Shown here in pieces: positions 56,874-64,000 of a stretch of DNA of 64,000 nucleotides. The stretch comes from Auanema rhodensis. Taxonomy: Eukaryota > Animalia > Nematoda. The translations under genes were made by a program, and so were the position numbers. The stretch spans positions 372,001-436,000 of the forward strand of contig CAXKVF010000076.1 in assembly GCA_964057225.1 (NCBI GenBank), read 5' to 3'. How positions within the stretch are numbered: position 1 is the stretch's first letter; each line of letters opens with the position of its first letter. The notes beneath the pieces were generated by a model, which saw nothing but the letters and a program-made list of their open reading frames with translations, had not been told where the DNA came from and ran no database searches.

Positions 56874-57168
56874 AATGACAGAGCGTAAAAAGTAAGGAAA
56901 GAAAAAATAAAGATAAAGGAAATGATAAAAAGAAGAAAAATAAAAAGAAGAAAGAAAGGAAAAAAGAAGATATAGAGAGGATATGAAAAAGAAAAGAAAG
57001 AGAAGAGAGAGAAAAATGAAAGAAAAAAAGAAAAAGGAAATAAATGAATACGGAAAAAAAGAAAAAGAAAAAAGAAGAAAAAAGTACCTTACTAAAACCA
57101 ATCCGGCGTAAAACAAGAGTAGACTTCGGTTGCGGCGGGGTTGGAGCAGTAGGGAGACAACCGACCAC
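56874..57168 (-). other. LINE 5' UTR: about 85 bp of mixed/GC-richer sequence followed by a T/C-rich tract of about 200 bp
   Basis: Plus strand 56887-57083 is almost entirely A/G; it lies between the 21-bp array and the ORF1 ATG. Confidence 0.8.
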
Positions 57169-58008
57169 GAGGAGTCGAAAATGTAGTGTGAGGAGTCGAA
57201 AATGTAGTGTGAGGAGTCGAAAATGTAGTGTGAGGAGTCGAAAATGTAGTGTGAGGAGTCGAAAATGTAGTGTGAGGAGTCGAAAATGTAGTGTGAGGAG
57301 TCGAAAATGTAGTGTGAGGAGTCGAAAATGTAGTGTGAGGAGTCGAAAATGTAGTGTGAGGAGTCGAAAATGTAGTGTGAGGAGTCGAAAATGTAGTGTG
57401 AGGAGTCGAAAATGTAGTGTGAGGAGTCGAAAATGTAGTGTGAGGAGTCGAAAATGTAGTGTGAGGAGTCGAAAATGTAGTGTGAGGAGTCGAAAATGTA
57501 GTGTGGGAGTCGAAAATGTAGTGTGAGGAGTCGAAAATGTAGTGTGAGGAGTCGAAAATGTAGTGTGAGGAGTCGAAAATGTAGTGTGAGGAGTCGAAAA
57601 TGTAGTGTGAGGAGTCGAAAATGTAGTGTGAGGAGTCGAAAATGTAGTGTGAGGAGTCGAAAATGTAGTGTGAGGAGTCGAAAATGTAGTGTGAGGAGTC
57701 GAAAATGTAGTGTGAGGAGTCGAAAATGTAGTGTGAGGAGTCGAAAATGTAGTGTGAGGAGTCGAAAATGTAGTGTGAGGAGTCGAAAATGTAGTGTGAG
57801 GAGTCGAAAATGTAGTGTGAGGAGTCGAAAATGTAGTGTGAGGAGTCGAAAATGTAGTGTGAGGAGTCGAAAATGTAGTGTGAGGAGTCGAAAATGTAGT
57901 GTGAGGAGTCGAAAATGTAGTGTGTGGAGTCGAAAATGTAGTGTGAGGAGTCGAAAATGTAGTGTGAGGAGTCGAAAATGTAGTGTGAGGAGTCGAAAAT
58001 GTAGTGTG
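57169..58008 (-). repeat. 21-bp minisatellite, 40 copies, forming the 5' end of the LINE (plus strand GAGGAGTCGAAAATGTAGTGT; sense CACACTACATTTTCGACTCCT)
   Basis: 57169-58007 is 839 bp = 40x21 minus 1. The only deviations seen are a 1-bp deletion near 57506 and an A>T at 57925. Confidence 0.98.
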
Positions 58009-61000
58009 ATTAAAGTTCACGTAAATTTCAAAGTCATGGTTACCATGAAGCAATATCAATAAAAATTTGTTTTTAGACTAATATGGACATGGGGAATCTA
58101 ATTTTGAAAACCGCATCTCTTTATCTTTCACGTGAAGCGAGTTACATACCAAGTGCATATCACGTGTACATTTAATTAGCATGAATTAAAGTTCACGTAA
58201 ATTTCAAAGTCATGGTTACCATGCACCAATATCAATAAAAATTTGTTTTTAGACTAATATGGACATGGGGAATCTAATTTTGAAAACCGCATCTCTTTAT
58301 CTTTCACGTGAAGCGAGTTACATACCAAGTGCACATCACGTGTACATTTAATTAGCATAAATTAAAGTTCACGTAAATTTCAAAGTCATGGTTACCATGC
58401 ACCAATATCAATAAAAATTTGTTTTTAGACTAATATGGACATGGGGAATCTAATTTTGAAAACCTCATCTCTTTATCTTTCACGTGAAGCGAGTTACATA
58501 CCAAGTGCACATCACGTGTACATTTAATTAGCATAAATTAAAGTTCACGTAAATTTCAAAGTCATGGTTACCATGCACCAATATCAATAAAAATTTGTTT
58601 TTAGACTAATATGGACATGGGGAATCTAATTTTGAAAACCGCATCTCTTTATCTTTCACGTGAAGCGAGTTACATACCAAGTGCACATCACGTGTACATT
58701 TAATTAGCATAAATTAAAGTTCACGTAAATTTCAAAGTCATGGTTACCATGCACCAATATCAATAAAAATTTGTTTTTAGACTAATATGGACATGGGGAA
58801 TCTAATTTTGAAAACCGCATCTCTTTATCTTTCACGTGAAGCGAGTTACATACCAAGTGCACATCACGTTTACATTTAATTAGCATAAATTGAAGTTCAC
58901 GTAAATTTCAAAGTCATGGTTACCATGAACCAATATCAATAAAAATTTGTTTTTAGACTAATATGGACATGGGGAATCTAATTTTGAAAACCGCATCTCT
59001 TTATCTTTCACGTGAAGCGAGTTACATACCAAGTGCACATCACGTGTACATTTAATTAGCATAAATTAAAGTTCACGTAAATTTCAAAGTCATGGTTACC
59101 ATGAACCAATACCCAATCAAAATTTGTTTTTAGACTAATATGGACATGGGGAATCTAATTTTGAAAACCGCATCTCTTTATCTTTCACGTGAAGCGAGTT
59201 ACATACCAAGTGCACATCACGTGTACATTTAATTAGCATAAATTAAAGTTCACGTAAATTTCAAAGTCATGGTTACCATGAAGCAATATCAATAAAAATT
59301 TGTTTTTAGACTAATATGGACATGGGGAATCTAATTTTGAAAACTGCATCTCTTTATCTTTCACGTGAAGCGAGTTACATACCAAGTGCACATCACGTGT
59401 ACATTTAATTAGCATAAATTAAAGTTCACGTAAATTTCAAAGTCTTGGTTACCATGAAGCAATATCAATAAAAATTTGTTTTTAGACTAATATGGACATG
59501 GGGAATCTAATTTTGAAAACCGCATCTCTTTATCTTTCACGTGAAGCGAGTTACATACCAAGTGCACATCACGTGTACATTTAATTAGCATAAATTAAAG
59601 TTCACGTAAATTTCAAAGTCATGGTTACCATGAACCAATACCCAATCAAAATTTGTTTTTAGACTAATATGGACATGGGGAATCTAATTTTGAAAACCGC
59701 ATCTCTTTATCTTTCACGTGAAGCGAGTTACATACCAAGTGCACATCACGTGTACATTTAATTAGCATAAATTAAAGTTCACGTAAATTTCAAAGTCATG
59801 GTTACCATGAAGCAATATCAATAAAAATTTGTTTTTAGACTAATATGGACATGGGGAATCTAATTTTGAAAACCGCATCTCTTTATCTTTCACGTGAAGC
59901 GAGTTACATACCAAGTGCATATCACGTGTACATTTAATTAGCATGAATTAAAGTTCACGTAAATTTCAAAGTCATGGTTACCATGCACCAATATCAATAA
60001 AAATTTGTTTTTAGACTAATATGGACATGGGGAATCTAATTTTGAGAACCGCATCTCTTTATCTTTCACGTGAAGCGAGTTACATACCAAGTGCATATCA
60101 CGTGTACATTTAATTAGCATGAATTAAAGTTCACGTAAATTTCAAAGTCATGGTTACCATGCACCAATATCAATAAAAATTTGTTTTTAGACTAATATGG
60201 ACATGGGGAATCTAATTTTGAAAACCGCATCTCTTTATCTTTCACGTGAAGCGAGTTACATACCAAGTGCACATCACGTGTACATTTAATTAGCATAAAT
60301 TAAAGTTCACGTAAATTTCAAAGTCATGGTTACCATGCACCAATATCAATAAAAATTTGTTTTTAGACTAATATGGACATGGGGAATCTAATTTTGAAAA
60401 CCGCATCTCTTTATCTTTCACGTGAAGCGAGTTACATACCAAGTGCACATCACGTGTACATTTAATTAGCATAAATCAAAGTTCACGTAAATTTCAAAGT
60501 CATGGTTACCATGCACCAATATCAATAAAAAGTTGTTTTTAGACTAATATGGACATGGGGAATCTAATTTTGAAAACCGCATCTCTTTATCTTTCACGTG
60601 AAGCGAGTTACATACCAAGTGCACATCACGTGTACATTTAATTAGCATAAATTAAAGTTCACGTAAATTTCAAAGTCATGGTTACCATGCACCAATATCA
60701 ATAAAAATTTGTTTTTAGACTAATATGGACATGGGGAATCTAATTTTGAAAACCGCATCTCTTTATCTTTCACGTGAAGCGAGTTACATACCAAGTGCAC
60801 ATCACGTGTACATTTAATTAGCATAAATTAAAGTTCACGTAAATTTCAAAGTCATGGTTACCATAAACCAATATCAATAAAAATATGTTTTTAGACTAAT
60901 ATGGACATGGGGAATCTAATTTTGAAAACCGCATCTCTTTATCTTTCACGTGAAGCGAGTTACATACCAAGTGCACATCACGTGTACATTTAATTAGCAT

Positions 61001-64000
61001 AAATTAAAGTTCACGTAAATTTCAAAGTCATGGTTACCATGAAGCAATATCAATAAAAATTTGTTTTTAGACTAATATGGACATGGGGAATCTAATTTTG
61101 AAAACCGCATCTCTTTATCTTTCACGTGAAGCGAGTTACATACCAAGTGCACATCACGTGTACATTTAATTAGCATAAATTAAAGTTCACGTAAATTTCA
61201 AAGTCATGGTTACCATGAAGCAATATCAATAAAAATTTGTTTTTAGACTAATATGGACATGGGGAATCTAATTTTGAAAACCGCATCTCTTTATCTTTCA
61301 CGTGAAGCGAGTTACATACCAAGTGCACATCACGTGTACATTTAATTAGCATAAATTAAAGTTCACGTAAATTTCAAAGTCATGGTTACCATGAACCAAT
61401 ATCAATAAAAATTTGTTTTTAGACTAATATGGACATGGGGAATCTAATTTTGAAAACCGCATCTCTTTATCTTTCACGTGAAGCGAGTTACATACCAAGT
61501 GCACATCACGTGTACATTTAATTAGCATAAATTAAAGTTCACGTAAATTTCAAAGTCATGGTTACCATGAAGCAATATCAATAAAAATTCGTTTTTAGAC
61601 TAATATGGACATGGGGAATCTAATTTTGAAAACCGCATCTCTTTATCTTTCACGTGAAGCGAGTTACATACCAAGTGCACATCACGTGTACATTTAATTA
61701 GCATAAATTAAAGTTCACGTAAATTTCAAAGTCATGGTTACCATGAAGCAATATCAATAAAAATTTGTTTTTAGACTAATATGGACATGGGGAATCTAAT
61801 TTTGAAAACCGCATCTCTTTATCTTTCACGTGAAGCGAGTTACATACCAAGTGCACATCACGTGTACATTTAATTAGCATAAATTAAAGTTCACGTAAAT
61901 TTCAAAGTCATGGTTACCATGAACCAATATCAATCAAAATTCGTTTTTAGACTAATATGGACATAGGGAATCTAATTTTGAAAACCGCATCTCTTTATCT
62001 TTCACGTGAAGCGAGTTACATACCAAGTGCACATCACGTGTACATTTAATTAGCATAAATTAAAGTTCACGTAAATTTCAAAGTCATGGTTACCATGAAG
62101 CAATATCAATAAAAATTTGTTTTTAGACTAATATGGACATGGGGAATCTAATTTTGAAAACCGCATCTCTTTATCTTTCACGTGAAGCGAGTTACATACC
62201 AAGTGCACATCACGTGTACATTTAATTAGCATGAATTAAAGTTCACGTAAATTTCAAAGTCATGGTTACCATGCACCAATATCAATAAAAATTTGTTTTT
62301 AGACTAATATGGACATGGGGAATCTAATTTTGAAAACCGCATCTCTTTATCTTTCACGTGAAGCGAGTTACATACCAAGTGCACATCACGTGTACATTTA
62401 ATTAGCATAAATTAAAGTTCACGTAAATTTCAAAGTCATGGTTACCATGCACCAATATCAATAAAAATTTGTTTTTAGACTAATATGGACATGGGGAATC
62501 TAATTTTGAAAACCGCATCTCTTTATCTTTCACGTGAAGCGAGTTACATACCAAGTGCACATCACGTGTACATTTAATTAGCATAAATTAAAGTTCACGT
62601 AAATTTCAAAGTCATGGTTACCATGCACCAATATCAATAAAAAGTTGTTTTTAGACTAATATGGACATGGGGAATCTAATTTTGAAAACCGCATCTCTTT
62701 ATCTTTCACGTGAAGCGAGTTACATACCAAGTGCACATCACGTGTACATTTAATTAGCATAAATTAAAGTTCACGTAAATTTCAAAGTCATGGTTACCAT
62801 GCACCAATATCAATAAAAATTTGTTTTTAGACTAATATGGACATGGGGAATCTAATTTTGAAAACCGCATCTCTTTATCTTTCACGTGAGCGAGTTACAT
62901 ACCAAGTGCACATCACGTGTACATTTAATTAGCATAAATTAAAGTTCACGTAAATTTCAAAGTCATGGTTACCATGCACCAATATCAATAAAAAGTTGTT
63001 TTTAGACTAATATGGACATGGGGAATCTAATTTTGAAAACCGCATCTCTTTATCTTTCACGTGAAGCGAGTTACATACCAAGTGCACATCACGTGTACAT
63101 TTAATTAGCATAAATTAAAGTTCACGTAAATTTCAAAGTCATGGTTACCATGCACCAATATCAATAAAAATTTGTTTTTAGACTAATATGGACATGGGGA
63201 ATCTAATTTTGAAAACCGCATCTCTTTATCTTTCACGTGAAGCGAGTTACATACCAAGTGCACATCACGTGTACATTTAATTAGCATGAATTAAAGTTCA
63301 CGTAAATTTCAAAGTCATGGTTACCATAAACCAATATCAATAAAAAGTTGTTTTTAGACTAATATGGACATGGGGAATCTAATTTTGAAAACCGCATCTC
63401 TTTATCTTTCACGTGAAGCGAGTTACATACCAAGTGCACATCACGTGTACATTTAATTAGCATAAATTAAAGTTCACGTAAATTTCAAAGTCATGGTTAC
63501 CATGCACCAATATCAATAAAAATTTGTTTTTAGACTAATATGGACATGGGGAATCTAATTTTGAAAACCGCATCTCTTTATCTTTCACGTGAAGCGAGTT
63601 ACATACCAAGTGCACATCACGTGTACATTTAATTAGCATAAATTAAAGTTCACGTAAATTTCAAAGTCATGGTTACCATAAACCAATATCAATAAAAATT
63701 TGTTTTTAAACTAATATGGACATGGGGAATCTAATTTTGAAAACCGCATCTCTTTATCTTTCACGTGAAGCGAGTTACATACCAAGTGCACATCACGTGT
63801 ACATTTAATTAGCATGAATTAAAGTTCACGTAAATTTCAAAGTCATGGTTACCATGCACCAATATCAATAAAAATTTGTTTTTAGACTAATATGGACATG
63901 GGGAATCTAATTTTGAAAACCGCATCTCTTTATCTTTCACGTGAAGCGAGTTACATACCAAGTGCACATCACGTGTACATTTAATTAGCATAAATTAAAG
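58009..64000. repeat. 176-bp tandem satellite array, right arm (about 34 monomers, open at window end)
   Basis: The same monomer resumes at ATTAAAGTTCACG (58009) in the same orientation and at the monomer phase where the left arm stopped. Confidence 0.99.

Larger units (their letters stand above)
52470..58008 (-). mobile_element. Apparently full-length non-LTR retrotransposon (LINE), CR1/jockey group, inserted in the satellite
   Basis: ORF1, APE endonuclease and RT in order on the minus strand; (TAAA)n 3' tail; no LTRs; satellite interrupted at ...CATAAATTA | ATTAAAGTTC...; CR1-type motifs PVFKKGNPSDPSNYRPISLT and C-terminal RTVNLWNSLP. Confidence 0.95.

Noticed and set aside
56874-57116. 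81-aa Phe-rich N-terminal extension of ORF1 resembling a membrane anchor
   Set aside because: It uses a non-ATG start and simply translates the polypyrimidine tract; the first ATG is at 56873.
57169-58008. CRISPR array, canonical telomere repeat or SL1 spliced-leader copies
   Set aside because: There are no spacers or cas genes, the unit is not TTAGGC/TTAGG/TTAGGG-like and is internal, and it does not match nematode SL1.
56764-58062. Track ORFs of 431, 160 and 179 aa (PHTTFST, LLTLHFR and RSRKCSV repeats)
   Set aside because: They are translations of the stop-free frames of the 21-bp repeat (a multiple of 3) plus satellite and UTR; there is no sign of coding function.
33861-62890. Singleton indels in monomers (T run near 33865-33874; GTGAG near 62888)
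   Set aside because: Seen once each and at or near homopolymers; they cannot be told apart from sequencing error.

Overview
Eukaryotic, AT-rich satellite DNA. About 58.5 kb of the window is a very homogeneous head-to-tail 176-bp tandem array (about 298 monomers at 1-52469 and about 34 at 58009-64000) with irregular multi-monomer block duplications. One apparently full-length, young, minus-strand non-LTR retrotransposon of the CR1/jockey group (52470-58008, about 5.5 kb) interrupts it. From its 5' end the element has 40 copies of a 21-bp repeat, a pyrimidine-rich 5' UTR, ORF1 (359 aa: coiled coil, RRM-like region, basic tail with an RGRP AT-hook core), ORF2 (APE endonuclease plus reverse transcriptase, split by one extra base in an A8 run), a 3' UTR of about 490 bp and a (TAAA)n tail. 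The main observation is that ORF2 has no in-frame AUG for about 700 codons and lies in the +1 frame of ORF1, while ORF1 ends in TCC_TTT_CGT_TAA. This is the UCC_UUU_CGU +1 ribosomal frameshift motif of influenza PA-X, and it predicts an ORF1-EN-RT fusion protein. The ORF1 C-terminus resembles nematode CR1-like elements from memory, but the host cannot be fixed from this sequence alone.
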